From the NCBI GenBank assembly GCA_021413585.1, contig JAIOQB010000356.1, positions 1 to 53,516 on the forward strand: a stretch of 53,516 nt of DNA, written 5' to 3'. Every line of letters starts with the position of its first letter. The first letter of the stretch is position 1. The stretch comes from Planctomycetia bacterium. Its GTDB lineage: Bacteria > Planctomycetota > Planctomycetia > Pirellulales > UBA7805. The notes under the pieces were generated by a model. The model was given only the letters and a program-made list of their open reading frames with translations, was not told the DNA's origin and made no database searches. The translations under genes were made by a program, and so were the position numbers. This document shows, piece by piece, positions 20,063-29,090 of this stretch.

Positions 20063-21353
20063 TCGACATATGTACACTACGTGGTACTGTGTTGCTTTCA
20101 GCGGCTTTTTTGATGGTTGGCCCGGTCGCTTGTGACTCGGGGCAACCGTCTGCCGCGCTATGGTGTGCGCTGGGGTGTGCGCTTTTTCCGGCGCCCTGGT
20201 CGAAGTGGTCTTCGGTCACTTGCAGGTAGTGCTTCTTCGCCACGGCCATGCTGTTGCCGATCCACTTGCACACCACGTGAATCGGGAACGTCTCGGCCAG
20301 TTCCGTCTCGCGTGTGCTCCGCAGGTTTTGAAACAGTTTCGGCCAGACCGCCAGCCCGGCCTTGGTGATGATCTTCTGGAGCGTGGTCCGAAGATTCTGC
20401 CCAGCGTCACGGTAGCGTGTAATGACGTGCTGGGCGTCCCTCGGGGCAATCTGCCGGGCATCCTCCAGGTACGGCAGCAATTCAGGGAACAACGGCACCA
20501 CGCGGGATTCGCCCCCTTCGTGGTGTTCGGTCTTGGGGCTCCGCACGGTCATTCTGCCGGCAGCCCAGTTGATATCCTCCCATCGCAAGGCTAGATGCTC
20601 AGACGGGCACCGCAGGCCGCCGTAGCGGCTCAGGGCGAAGATCAGCCGCCATTCGGCGTCGGGGCACTTGTCGATGATCTTCGTAGCCGCTTCGGTGGTC
20701 ACAAAGTGATCGCGGCTCCGGTTGCTGCCGACGGCGCCGCTCAGGTCTTCAAACGGGTTGACGTGAATCAGCCCCTTCCGCATAGCTGCCTTAAAGAATT
20801 GCTTCGCGTTGCTGATCCGCTTGCGGACGGTGTTTGCCGCCAGCCCCGGAGGCTCCGCGGTCGGGTCTTTTTTCTTGGCCGCCTTGCTCCGCCGTGGATC
20901 CTTGGCCACGGTGGTCAAGTAGATGCGAAACCCATCGGCATCCCCGGGCGTGATATCCCGCAGCGGCTTGTCGGCGCCAAAGTGTTCCACGAGGTTTCGC
21001 CGGGTGTGCCCCCAGTTGGTCACCGTGGCTTGCTTCACGTCGGCCCGGGCCGCAATGTACCCCAGGACGAATGGCCCCAGCGTGCGGGCTCCCTTGCCCC
21101 CCGGCGCCGCAATCAACCCCGCCTTGGCCAGCCGCGCGGCCATCTTGGGTTTCAACCCCTTGAGCCATGCGGCCAATCCGGGATCGACGTCACGATTCAG
21201 TAGCCGGGCCTGTAGCAGCCCCTCGACACGGAGCTTGATATCCTGCGCCGATCGCTCAGTCACCTTGCCGAGCCATACGGTCTTGCGCTTCCCCTCTTCA
21301 TCGACGAATAAGATTCGCCGTCGTCCTTTTTGGTCGGTTCCGATACTTGCCAT
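20022..21353 (-). CDS. Tyrosine recombinase/phage integrase (443 aa; 3' end overlaps the tRNA antisense)
   Basis: SAM-like domain (KPLRDITPGDADGF), RYGGLRCPSE, SPKT, FQNLRST, WIGNS, KHYLQV. Confidence 0.92.
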   Translation of the reverse strand: MASIGTDQKGRRRILFVDEEGKRKTVWLGKVTERSAQDIKLRVEGLLQARLLNRDVDPGLAAWLKGLKPKMAARLAKAGLIAAPGGKGARTLGPFVLGYIAARADVKQATVTNWGHTRRNLVEHFGADKPLRDITPGDADGFRIYLTTVAKDPRRSKAAKKKDPTAEPPGLAANTVRKRISNAKQFFKAAMRKGLIHVNPFEDLSGAVGSNRSRDHFVTTEAATKIIDKCPDAEWRLIFALSRYGGLRCPSEHLALRWEDINWAAGRMTVRSPKTEHHEGGESRVVPLFPELLPYLEDARQIAPRDAQHVITRYRDAGQNLRTTLQKIITKAGLAVWPKLFQNLRSTRETELAETFPIHVVCKWIGNSMAVAKKHYLQVTEDHFDQGAGKSAHPSAHHSAADGCPESQATGPTIKKAAESNTVPRSVHMSMGVTGLEPVTSSV

Positions 21354-21536
21354 TTTGCTCACCTGCTTTCGTGTTAGAGTAAAAAATGCGGTTAGCCGGC
21401 GGGACGGACAATGCACGTCGCATTGTGATACCACTCCAGTTACCAGCCGCCGTCCCGTCGGCCCCGTCAACGCTTCCGCTGCCAGGGGCAATTTCCCAAC
21501 AGGCAGCATCATCGTCGACGCTCCGCATGGACGGCC

Positions 21537-21953
21537 TCACGCCCCGTCGTAAAACGCCATCACCATATCGGCCGCGATGCCTTGAATGTCGCGTTCTGGC
21601 CCCTCAGGGTCATAGTCCTTGTCGTGGCGGGGCGCGTCGTCAAGGTTGCACAACTTGCCCTTGATCTCGAACTCCCCCTCGAACTCCCGGGTATCACCAA
21701 TCTGGCGCACGTGAACTTTCAATTCAGTTGCCCCGGACCAAATCCGCTGGAGCTTGCGCGCGTTGCGCTCCAGGTGTTCCAGCGTATCGCCGACGCCTTC
21801 AAAGCCGGCGGCTTTCAGTGCAGCATCGCGGTTCTCGATAATCTTGGCGCAAATAGCGGCAGACTCCTTAGGCGTCCGCTTGCGCTGCCCCATCCCCTTG
21901 AACTCAGGCAGCTTTTCAAGCTGGCGAATGGCTTGGGCGAGTTCGTCCCTCAT
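21537..21953 (-). CDS. Hypothetical protein of the element
   Basis: 138-aa ORF, ATGA-coupled to the upstream ORF. Confidence 0.6.
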   Translation of the reverse strand: MRDELAQAIRQLEKLPEFKGMGQRKRTPKESAAICAKIIENRDAALKAAGFEGVGDTLEHLERNARKLQRIWSGATELKVHVRQIGDTREFEGEFEIKGKLCNLDDAPRHDKDYDPEGPERDIQGIAADMVMAFYDGA

Positions 21954-22174
21954 ACGGCACCGCCGATCCAGGCCGCCGCATCAGCATCGGTCAAATCGAG
22001 AATGCGCTCGTTACCGTGGCAGAGCGCGTCGCCCTCTTTGCGGACCAGCCGGTCGATGGCTTTGCCCTGTTGCTCCCGCTCAATTGCCTGCCAGCGCTTG
22101 AGCGATGCGCGGGCTAACAACTCAGGTCCGCTCGACATTCGCGCGCGGGGTCGCTTCGACACAATCCTTGACAT
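21950..22174 (-). CDS. Small hypothetical protein
   Basis: AAAGGA SD; coupled to the downstream ORF. Confidence 0.5.
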   Translation of the reverse strand: MSRIVSKRPRARMSSGPELLARASLKRWQAIEREQQGKAIDRLVRKEGDALCHGNERILDLTDADAAAWIGGAV

Positions 22175-22343
22175 GGGGAATCCTTTCGGCGCCGGCAGCC
22201 TGCCGGTCGCACCTTAGAATGAGTCCTGGCCCGCAACGGCCCTGCTAGGTGGTGCTTAGGCCACCATGGGGATCGTTGCCTACTCCCGAACCGCCACGGG
22301 CCAGGGCTCTTGATACTAAGCATGAGAATTTAGCAACCGCCGG

Positions 22344-22583
22344 TTATTGGCCGGGCGGTCTAAGCAAAGGGTTTAGCGTCACCAATTTTGCACACTCCCC
22401 AAGTGTCGTCAACCCTGTTTTTTCCACGTCCCCCAGGTCATGCGCGCTGCCGATCGTGCAACAGGCGCAATCGTATAGCTGCCGTTCTGGCAGTTTGTCC
22501 CCAATTGTGGACGTTTCGCCCTTCCGCCGCTCCGCGATGGCTTTCGCCCGCTTGAATGCGGCCGCCGTGCAATAGGGTTTCAT
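22344..22583 (-). CDS. Small hypothetical protein
   Basis: Start overlaps the stop of the tape-measure-like gene (ATGA). Confidence 0.35.
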   Translation of the reverse strand: MKPYCTAAAFKRAKAIAERRKGETSTIGDKLPERQLYDCACCTIGSAHDLGDVEKTGLTTLGECAKLVTLNPLLRPPGQ

Positions 22584-24127
22584 GCGATGCCGCCATCGGG
22601 CTGGAAGCGGGCCACGGTGTCCACTTTCTTAATCGAGGCGTCGATAGCTTCTAATTGCCTGCCCTGCCGAAGCGCTTCCTTCAGGTGTTCTTCCGCAGTT
22701 TCCTTTTGCCCAGACCTTAGTGCAGCCGCTTGAATCTGCTCGGCGAGTCCGGCAAGGCCCATGCGTTGGCTGTGGACTTCGGAATCGTGATTCATCAAGT
22801 CGAAGTGCAACACGCCCGCCTTGTGTCTGTCGGCTTCTTCTTTGGCGGCCCGCTCATCTTCGTGGATCGCCTTTAGCGATTCGTCGGCCTCTCGGAGAAA
22901 CATCTTGTCTTCCGCGATCTGTGCGCGCAGATTCCAATTTTTATTTAGAGCGTCATACTCTTCCTTCATTTGTTGCCCGGTCAAGTTCTCGATCTTTTCG
23001 ATGTGGGCCTCCCACGCGGCGAAAGCCTTTTCCCGCTCCGCTTCGACCACTTCGATATCGTTTCCTTCCAGCTTGGCGCGTTCCAGCGCCATATCGCGCA
23101 GCCGCTGATTGTGGTCGCGTTCGATATCCTCTTCCGCCTTGACCTGCTCTTCGTTGGCGGCAATGGCGGCTTGCGATTCGTTCGCCATGCTCAGGTAGCG
23201 GGCCTTCTCCGCTTTGATATCCCCCAGCTCTTTGTACGTGGCCTCCGTCTGCGCGCGGGCCTTGGCGGCATACTTGGCGCTGGCAGGGTTTTCGTCAGGC
23301 GTGTTCGCGCGGATATCCACGTCGGCCGCGTCGAGCGTCAACAGTTTGCCGAGTGCTGCCAGATCAAACTTGCCATCCTCATGGCCGGGCCCCGCCGCCT
23401 TCGCCCAGAACTTCACAATTTCGACCGTCGCGTCGGCGGTGCTTTCCTTGATGTTCTTCATCACCATCGGAATGCCGTGGGCCATCTCCTCTGCGGCGCC
23501 TTTGTAGCGATCCATCAGCTTTTCGAGGATTACGGTTTGGGCCGCGTGGGCATCGCCGCTGCGCTGCAGAACTTCGATTTCCTCTTTCTCTTCTTCCATC
23601 AGCGTGATGCCGACGCCGCGCAGCAGCTTGGCGGCGTGTTCGGGGTCGTTCAATGCCTTACCGAGCATCCGCGCGGCTTCCGGCAAGTCGGTTCCCATCA
23701 CTGTCGCCAGGTCGGCCGACAGTTTGAGCGTTTCGCGGAATGTGTCCCCCTTGATGTTCGTAAACGGCGCCATCACCGCCGCCGCGGCATACGCCTGCTC
23801 TTTGGTGAACATCGTCGCCTCGGCCAACTCGTCGGCCATGGCCCGCACTTGCCCGGCGGTATATCCGGCGGCATCGCCGCTGGCATGAATCGCCGCGTTC
23901 AGCCGATTGACGGACTTTTCCCGCTCTTCAAAGGTCTCATACAACTTCTTGATTCCCTCAACGCCCAAATAGCCGCCGAAAACGGCCTCCATCCTCTTGT
24001 GCATTTTTTCGGCCGCTTCCGCTGCGCTGCCGAACCGTTTGGAAATTGCGTCCAAGTCCCCTTCGACCTTTTGCCGGCCGCGGGTTTCGAGTTGGATGTA
24101 GCCTGTTTCGAGGGGTGTGTCGCCCAT
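22580..24127 (-). CDS. Phage tail tape-measure-like protein (lambda gpH N-terminal type), 515 aa
   Basis: LNAAIHASGDAAGYTAGQVRAMADEL...FTNIKG...DLATVMGTDL..AARMLGKALNDP....LRGVGI...AQTVILEKL...YKGAAE, followed by coiled coil. Confidence 0.8.
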   Translation of the reverse strand: MGDTPLETGYIQLETRGRQKVEGDLDAISKRFGSAAEAAEKMHKRMEAVFGGYLGVEGIKKLYETFEEREKSVNRLNAAIHASGDAAGYTAGQVRAMADELAEATMFTKEQAYAAAAVMAPFTNIKGDTFRETLKLSADLATVMGTDLPEAARMLGKALNDPEHAAKLLRGVGITLMEEEKEEIEVLQRSGDAHAAQTVILEKLMDRYKGAAEEMAHGIPMVMKNIKESTADATVEIVKFWAKAAGPGHEDGKFDLAALGKLLTLDAADVDIRANTPDENPASAKYAAKARAQTEATYKELGDIKAEKARYLSMANESQAAIAANEEQVKAEEDIERDHNQRLRDMALERAKLEGNDIEVVEAEREKAFAAWEAHIEKIENLTGQQMKEEYDALNKNWNLRAQIAEDKMFLREADESLKAIHEDERAAKEEADRHKAGVLHFDLMNHDSEVHSQRMGLAGLAEQIQAAALRSGQKETAEEHLKEALRQGRQLEAIDASIKKVDTVARFQPDGGIA

Positions 24128-24134
24128 GATGGCC

Positions 24135-24377
24135 TCAGTTGTGGGGGGAGTTGTTCAGCCGCTGAATGACCGCGCGAACGGTTTGAAGATTGCGCCGGAA
24201 TGTGGCCAGCTTCTCTTGAATGGCCAGCGCGTGGGCGGGGTCCGTGTCGATGGCATTGACCAATTCGACCATGGCCCGCTCTGTTGCTTCCATGCTGGCC
24301 AGGATAGCGGCCAGGTCTGCGCCCGGGCGTAGCATCGTCACGGCCTCGGGGACCATGCTGGGCTTGAACTTGGTCAT
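24135..24377 (-). CDS. Small helical hypothetical protein
   Basis: AAAGGA SD; 80 aa; directly upstream of the tape-measure-like gene. Confidence 0.55.
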   Translation of the reverse strand: MTKFKPSMVPEAVTMLRPGADLAAILASMEATERAMVELVNAIDTDPAHALAIQEKLATFRRNLQTVRAVIQRLNNSPHN

Positions 24378-24480
24378 AATGAATCCTTTGAAAAAACGGC
24401 CGGCCGCGAGGAAAGTTCAAAACCCCGCGACCGGCCGCCAGACACGACGCGGGAGGAGAAACACCCGCGCCAAATGCTTA

Positions 24481-25131
24481 TCACCATTCCGCCATTTGCT
24501 GATGCAGTTCATTGTGCCGGCGCGACTTGGCGGCCTGTTCCGCTTGAATTTGCGAATGCCGTTCCCGCGTGGCATCCAAATAAGTCTGGCAGCCCTCGCG
24601 GTCCGCGGGATCGCAACCTTGCAAATTGTTTAGCGCGCGGTCCACCGCGTCTTGCGCGTCGCGGATGGCCGGGTAAAGGGCCATAATTTCAGAGTCCAGC
24701 GCGCGGAAGTCGCGCTGCAGTGCCGTGTTCGGGCAGCTTCGCGCCAAGTCGGCGTCGATGGTCGCGATTTTGGCAATCGTCAGATTTAATTCCGCCAGTT
24801 CCAATTGAATGGCCCCCGCGGTGCGGCGGTGTTCGGCAACCGCAGCGTCGAGCTTGTCGTTGGCGGTGTCCAACTCGCGTTGCTGCGCGTCGCGTCGAGC
24901 TTCGAGCGTTTGCTTTTGGGCCGCTTGCTCGCGGAGCTTGGCGCGATACTTGAGATTGGCAACCAGGTCGTCCAGTTGCGGCGGCAGTTTGCCGGCATCC
25001 CGCAAAATGTCGGCAATCGCGGTGCTGCCGACTTGCTCGCCCATCGCGATGCGGCGAGCCAGCGTCATAAACGAGTCGCCCCGCTCGGTCAAAATCTCCC
25101 CGGCCTCTTGTACGTCAGTCTTCGCTACCAT
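24481..25131 (-). CDS. Coiled-coil hypothetical protein
   Basis: 216-aa ORF rich in A/Q/L/E/R heptads; GAGGAG upstream. Confidence 0.65.
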   Translation of the reverse strand: MVAKTDVQEAGEILTERGDSFMTLARRIAMGEQVGSTAIADILRDAGKLPPQLDDLVANLKYRAKLREQAAQKQTLEARRDAQQRELDTANDKLDAAVAEHRRTAGAIQLELAELNLTIAKIATIDADLARSCPNTALQRDFRALDSEIMALYPAIRDAQDAVDRALNNLQGCDPADREGCQTYLDATRERHSQIQAEQAAKSRRHNELHQQMAEW

Positions 25132-25450
25132 AGCTTTCGCGCTCCTCTTTTAGTTGTGCAAACATTGCCCGCGATTCGGCCATCGCTGCAGCGCGATGGA
25201 TTCGCAGCACGTCTTCGGTCAAATCTTCTTCGTCGCGTTCGACGGACGCCAGAATCTCCGTCATGTTTTCATTCGTGAAAGTTTCGGCGCCATCATCAGC
25301 CGCAATCTCTTCGACGAGCGCGGCATACAGTTCCTGATGGTCTTCCAATTCCGTCTCTGCTCCGCAGCCACCGCGGATAATGTCGCAATCTTTTTTCATT
25401 TCGCTGCGCCATCCGTCAACCGCCGCCGCAAAAATCTCTGGGCTTTTCAT
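25115..25450 (-). CDS. Acidic hypothetical protein
   Basis: ATGA-coupled to the upstream gene; D/E-rich. Confidence 0.55.
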   Translation of the reverse strand: MKSPEIFAAAVDGWRSEMKKDCDIIRGGCGAETELEDHQELYAALVEEIAADDGAETFTNENMTEILASVERDEEDLTEDVLRIHRAAAMAESRAMFAQLKEERESYGSED

Positions 25451-26127
25451 ACCGTTGCTCCGTTGGTGTATCGCGCCACGTCGGCCGCCCACAGGTCGGC
25501 AAACGCTTGGGGCACGGGGGTTGCTTCAATTTCCGCGAACGTGCTGCCCATCAGTCGCTGCGGTTCGTCGTCTAATGCTGCGGCATATTTCAACAAATGG
25601 GAAAGTCCATACCGCTCGCCCGCCGCGCAGCCGCCGGCCAGGAACTTGAAGTCGTGTTCCCAGGCGCGATGGCAGACGTGAATAAAAATCCTGATGAACC
25701 TGTCGCCGTGGTCACTGTGCCAGGGCTCGGGCCCGTCCGCAAACCTGTCGGCAGGCAATTCGGCCCACAGGATCGAATAGCGCTGTCCGTTTCTCACGGC
25801 CGCCGCCGAACTCTCGGGTTCGGCAATGGGCCGCGCAGGCAGGCAATGGGTCAACTCGTGCGCGAACGTCGCCAGCGGGTCGATGCACTCGCGCAACAGC
25901 CTGTCGAGTTGCAACACGATCGCCGGCGCCGGGCCGCGCCAAGCTCCGCGCGATTCCAAGTGCGCCTTGGTAAACGGTTCGACGTGCTGCGGAGTTGCCC
26001 AGGCCGTGCTATGCGATGGCGCCGGCATCCCATCCGGCGGCGCGCCGAGAATGTAGAGCGTCGGCAGTTCCGGCGCAACCGCGGCGGCCAGTCTGTGACA
26101 CTCAGCGATGATGGTTTCGCGTTCCAT
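25447..26127 (-). CDS. Putative zincin metallopeptidase (HExxH; SprT/ImmA-like)
   Basis: TFAHELTHCL plus downstream WHSDHGDRF. Confidence 0.55.
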   Translation of the reverse strand: MERETIIAECHRLAAAVAPELPTLYILGAPPDGMPAPSHSTAWATPQHVEPFTKAHLESRGAWRGPAPAIVLQLDRLLRECIDPLATFAHELTHCLPARPIAEPESSAAAVRNGQRYSILWAELPADRFADGPEPWHSDHGDRFIRIFIHVCHRAWEHDFKFLAGGCAAGERYGLSHLLKYAAALDDEPQRLMGSTFAEIEATPVPQAFADLWAADVARYTNGATV

Positions 26128-26137
26128 GATGGTAATG

Positions 26138-26362
26138 CTACACATTGGGTTCTGAGCTATTGCCAGTCGCTGGCAATTCGATAATCCGCAAGTGCCGGCA
26201 GGAACATTCCCGGCAGATGCACTTCTGGGTTGTGGATCCATCGCTACCGTTGTTTTCGCTGCGGATGATGATGGGTTTGCGGTCGGTGTCGCAATGCGGG
26301 CAGCGCACCGGCGGCTGCCGCTGAATGAACAACATCGGGGCGGCTTCCCAATTTTCACGCAT
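26138..26362 (-). CDS. Small C4 zinc-ribbon protein (Ogr/Delta-like architecture)
   Basis: CPHC...CRECS. Confidence 0.5.
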   Translation of the reverse strand: MRENWEAAPMLFIQRQPPVRCPHCDTDRKPIIIRSENNGSDGSTTQKCICRECSCRHLRIIELPATGNSSEPNV

Positions 26363-26711
26363 CAGGCACCCCCTTGAGCCGGGCCCGCCCGGCATCAGTT
26401 ACCCGAATACGCCGATTGAATCGCTCGACCAGCCCGTCGACCTCCAGCCCCTTGATGGCCTGCTGGCAGCGGATGCGCTCGCTCGGCGTTGGCCAGTAAC
26501 CCAGGAACTTCGGGATGTCATAGATCGCACCAAACAGCCGCGTGTCCTGAATCTCTTGACGTAGGTAGCCAGTGAGCGGGTTGCGGGCAGCAACCTCTCG
26601 GGCCAACTCGGCGCGAAGCTCCAGACGGGCGGCAACCGTGGCTTTCCTGATGCCGGCCAGCAGCTTGGTGGCGTCGATGTGGATGGTTTTGGGACGGCCC
26701 ATGATGGTCAC
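26355..26711 (-). CDS. Hypothetical protein, possible winged-helix C-terminus
   Basis: MGRPK start; AIKGLEVDGLVER...IRVTDAGR. Confidence 0.55.
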   Translation of the reverse strand: MTIMGRPKTIHIDATKLLAGIRKATVAARLELRAELAREVAARNPLTGYLRQEIQDTRLFGAIYDIPKFLGYWPTPSERIRCQQAIKGLEVDGLVERFNRRIRVTDAGRARLKGVPDA

Positions 26712-26907
26712 TCGGGTTTATTTGTTCGCGGACGGACTAATCCATATCTGCGCGGGATGGGGGTGGTGAACCTCGCCTGTCGCTTTTCCCCCAAGGACCC
26801 GCGTTTTTTATAGGCCCACCCACGCCCCGCCTGTGCGTCATCGTCAACCGTACAACTCTGCACTCCGCAAGCGTGATCGTGTGTCTAATGCGGTCCTGTG
26901 CGAGCCA

Positions 26908-28389
26908 TCAGAACTCCCCGTTCCTGTCGCCGTAGTCGTCTGACTCTGTATCTTGAACGTCTTGAGCGCCTAATACCCCATACAACTTGGTAGGTATGTT
27001 TATTCCCGAAGATTCTTCAACACTCTCAAGACGCTCAAGACGCTCAAGTTCTTTTAGTCGCTCAACCGTGAACGCCTTCCCCGGCGCCTGCAAAAACCAT
27101 GGGCCGGGGCAAATTGGGCGAATGGCTTTCACCCCCAATTGCTTCCGCGCCCTTCGGAGCGTGGATAGCGATATGGCCATCGCCTTGGCCTCTGCCTCAA
27201 CGTCCTTTGTCGGGGTCGGGCCATCAGCGAGCCGCTGCTGAAGGAACTCCACCGCCTCGCGCTGGGCATCAGCCCCGGGGCCAGGGCGTGCGGCTGCTTG
27301 CTCCGCCGCCAGGGAGTCGTCTGCCGACATATCCACCGCCTCACGCTCCCAATGGACGCTGGCCGGTTCGCCGGCAATGGTGAACGCCAGCCCGGTCCCC
27401 TCGGCCGCCAGATTGTTTTTGCCGGGCAGCATCAATCGGCGTTGCTTCTCTTTTGGATCGCGGCTGACGTGCCAGACGGCGCGGGCGATGCCGGTGAAAG
27501 CGCGGCTGCCGAGTGCCAGGTCGTCCGCGGTGGCACCTTGGGCCTTGCGTCGATGTGCGACCACGACAACAGCCGGGCCATACTTTTCCGCCAGCTTGGC
27601 GATGGGGGCCAGCACGGCCCGGACTTCGTTGTCCCGGTGGGCATCCGTCTTGCCGCCGAGAAAGCTGCCGATGGGATCCACCACCACTAGCCGGCAATCG
27701 GGCAGAGTCTTTAGCGTTGCCTCAATCGCGTCCACGTCGGCAAGGCTAATCAGCCGCTCATATTCGCCCTCGACGCCAAGCCCGCGCACTGCGGACAGTA
27801 GGTGTACCTTGCTGCAATCGGCGCGGTGGGCATCAAGTCGCGGCCGGATCGTGTCGCCGGGATCGTCTTCCGCCGTCAACAGCAGCACAGAGCCCTTTTC
27901 ACATTTTGCGCCGTCTGGGAATGGCGTTCCCGTGCTGGTGTTGGCCGCCATGTAGACGGTAGCGAACGACTTCCCCTCGCCGGGACGCCCAACGAACAAC
28001 GTGATTCGACCGGCAGGGATTCGGCCCTCCCAATACCACTTGATTTCCTTCGGTTCAACGTCTGCCATGCAAATCACTACTGGCGTTTGCAGTGGAGCGG
28101 AATCAGCCCGCGCGTCTTCCGCATCGGCCTTGGCGATTAGTTCGCCTTCAATGAACTCGTGAGCGTCTTCGCCGAGCCCAAACCGCTCGATAACCCGGTC
28201 GCGGAACTTCGCTCGCATCCACGCCGCGGAAGTATCGAGCTTGTCCCGGTACTCCGTGCCGTTGCGTTGCGCGATGGCCAGCCGCTTTCCATCGCGATCA
28301 ACTGGGCCGACGTGGATGGCCAGCGGTCCTAATCCGCCGTCGTGATAATTCCAGCGTGCTTGGTCTTCAGGGGTGGCAATTTGCGTCAT
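26908..28389 (-). CDS. AAA_25/RepA-like SF4 helicase (replication protein)
   Basis: WYWEGRIPAG, GRPGEGKS (Walker A), LTAED, LVVVDP (Walker B), VAHRRK, GSRAF, KNNL; C-terminal winged-helix-like segment. Confidence 0.85.
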   Translation of the reverse strand: MTQIATPEDQARWNYHDGGLGPLAIHVGPVDRDGKRLAIAQRNGTEYRDKLDTSAAWMRAKFRDRVIERFGLGEDAHEFIEGELIAKADAEDARADSAPLQTPVVICMADVEPKEIKWYWEGRIPAGRITLFVGRPGEGKSFATVYMAANTSTGTPFPDGAKCEKGSVLLLTAEDDPGDTIRPRLDAHRADCSKVHLLSAVRGLGVEGEYERLISLADVDAIEATLKTLPDCRLVVVDPIGSFLGGKTDAHRDNEVRAVLAPIAKLAEKYGPAVVVVAHRRKAQGATADDLALGSRAFTGIARAVWHVSRDPKEKQRRLMLPGKNNLAAEGTGLAFTIAGEPASVHWEREAVDMSADDSLAAEQAAARPGPGADAQREAVEFLQQRLADGPTPTKDVEAEAKAMAISLSTLRRARKQLGVKAIRPICPGPWFLQAPGKAFTVERLKELERLERLESVEESSGINIPTKLYGVLGAQDVQDTESDDYGDRNGEF

Positions 28390-28688
28390 CGGTTCCCCCG
28401 TGCGCGGATGATGGCCGCCGGTGGCGCCGCGCTGGTTGCTGGCCGATGGGTCGTCACTGGCCGATAGATGGGCGTCTCGGCGCCAATCGTCGCCGCCCGC
28501 ACCATATCGTGAGTCTCCTGCAGTCGGCGTATCTCGACCGGCAGGTCCATTAGCACGTCCAGGGCCTCTAGCTCCTGTCGGAGTGTGCCAAGTCGTGGCA
28601 CTTCGGCCAGCACGTCGGCGTGGTATCCCCTCGATTGCGCGGCCGCGCGAACGGCTCGTTCTCTGCGGCGGGATCGGATATAATCCAT
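28386..28688 (-). CDS. Hypothetical protein
   Basis: GGGAG SD; coupled to the helicase start. Confidence 0.5.
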   Translation of the reverse strand: MDYIRSRRRERAVRAAAQSRGYHADVLAEVPRLGTLRQELEALDVLMDLPVEIRRLQETHDMVRAATIGAETPIYRPVTTHRPATSAAPPAAIIRARGNR

Positions 28689-28741
28689 TTCAGTTCTCCC
28701 GCCCGGGTTCGGCCTGCCAGCCACCGGGCATTTTTATTGGG

Positions 28742-28927
28742 TTAGCGGGCCGTGGCGGTTTCACGCTCGGCGAGATACTGCTGGATGGCCTCTGGCCTGA
28801 ACAACAGGCGGCGCCCCAGGCGGACGCAAGGGAATCGGCCGGCCTTGGCCTCACGGCGAAGCCACGATGCACTAACGCGAACCTCTTCGGCGGCTTCGGT
28901 GACGTTCAACGCTAATCTGGTCGTCAT
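28742..28927 (-). CDS. Excisionase/AlpA-like HTH protein (HTH_17)
   Basis: LALNVTEAAEEVRVSASWLRREAKAGRFPCVRLGRRLLFRPEAIQQYL; GGAG SD. Confidence 0.85.
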   Translation of the reverse strand: MTTRLALNVTEAAEEVRVSASWLRREAKAGRFPCVRLGRRLLFRPEAIQQYLAERETATAR

Positions 28928-29015
28928 TTGATTTCTCCGGCTATGTGGTGCCGCCCCGTGCGGCTGACTTGAGAAACGATAGCCACATTCGCGCGGCGAG
29001 AAAAATGCGCGCAGA

Positions 29016-29089
29016 AAAACGCCCGAGCGCTTTTTAGAAAAACACTCGGGCGTTTTGAAAAGTTGGAAAGAAAAGCGCTCGAGCGTTTT
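29016..29089. promoter_or_regulatory. Three imperfect palindromes (putative operators) upstream of the xis-like gene
   Basis: aaaacgcccgagcgctttt, aaaacactcgggcgtttt, aaaagcgctcgagcgtttt. Confidence 0.5.
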
Positions 29090-29090
29090 A

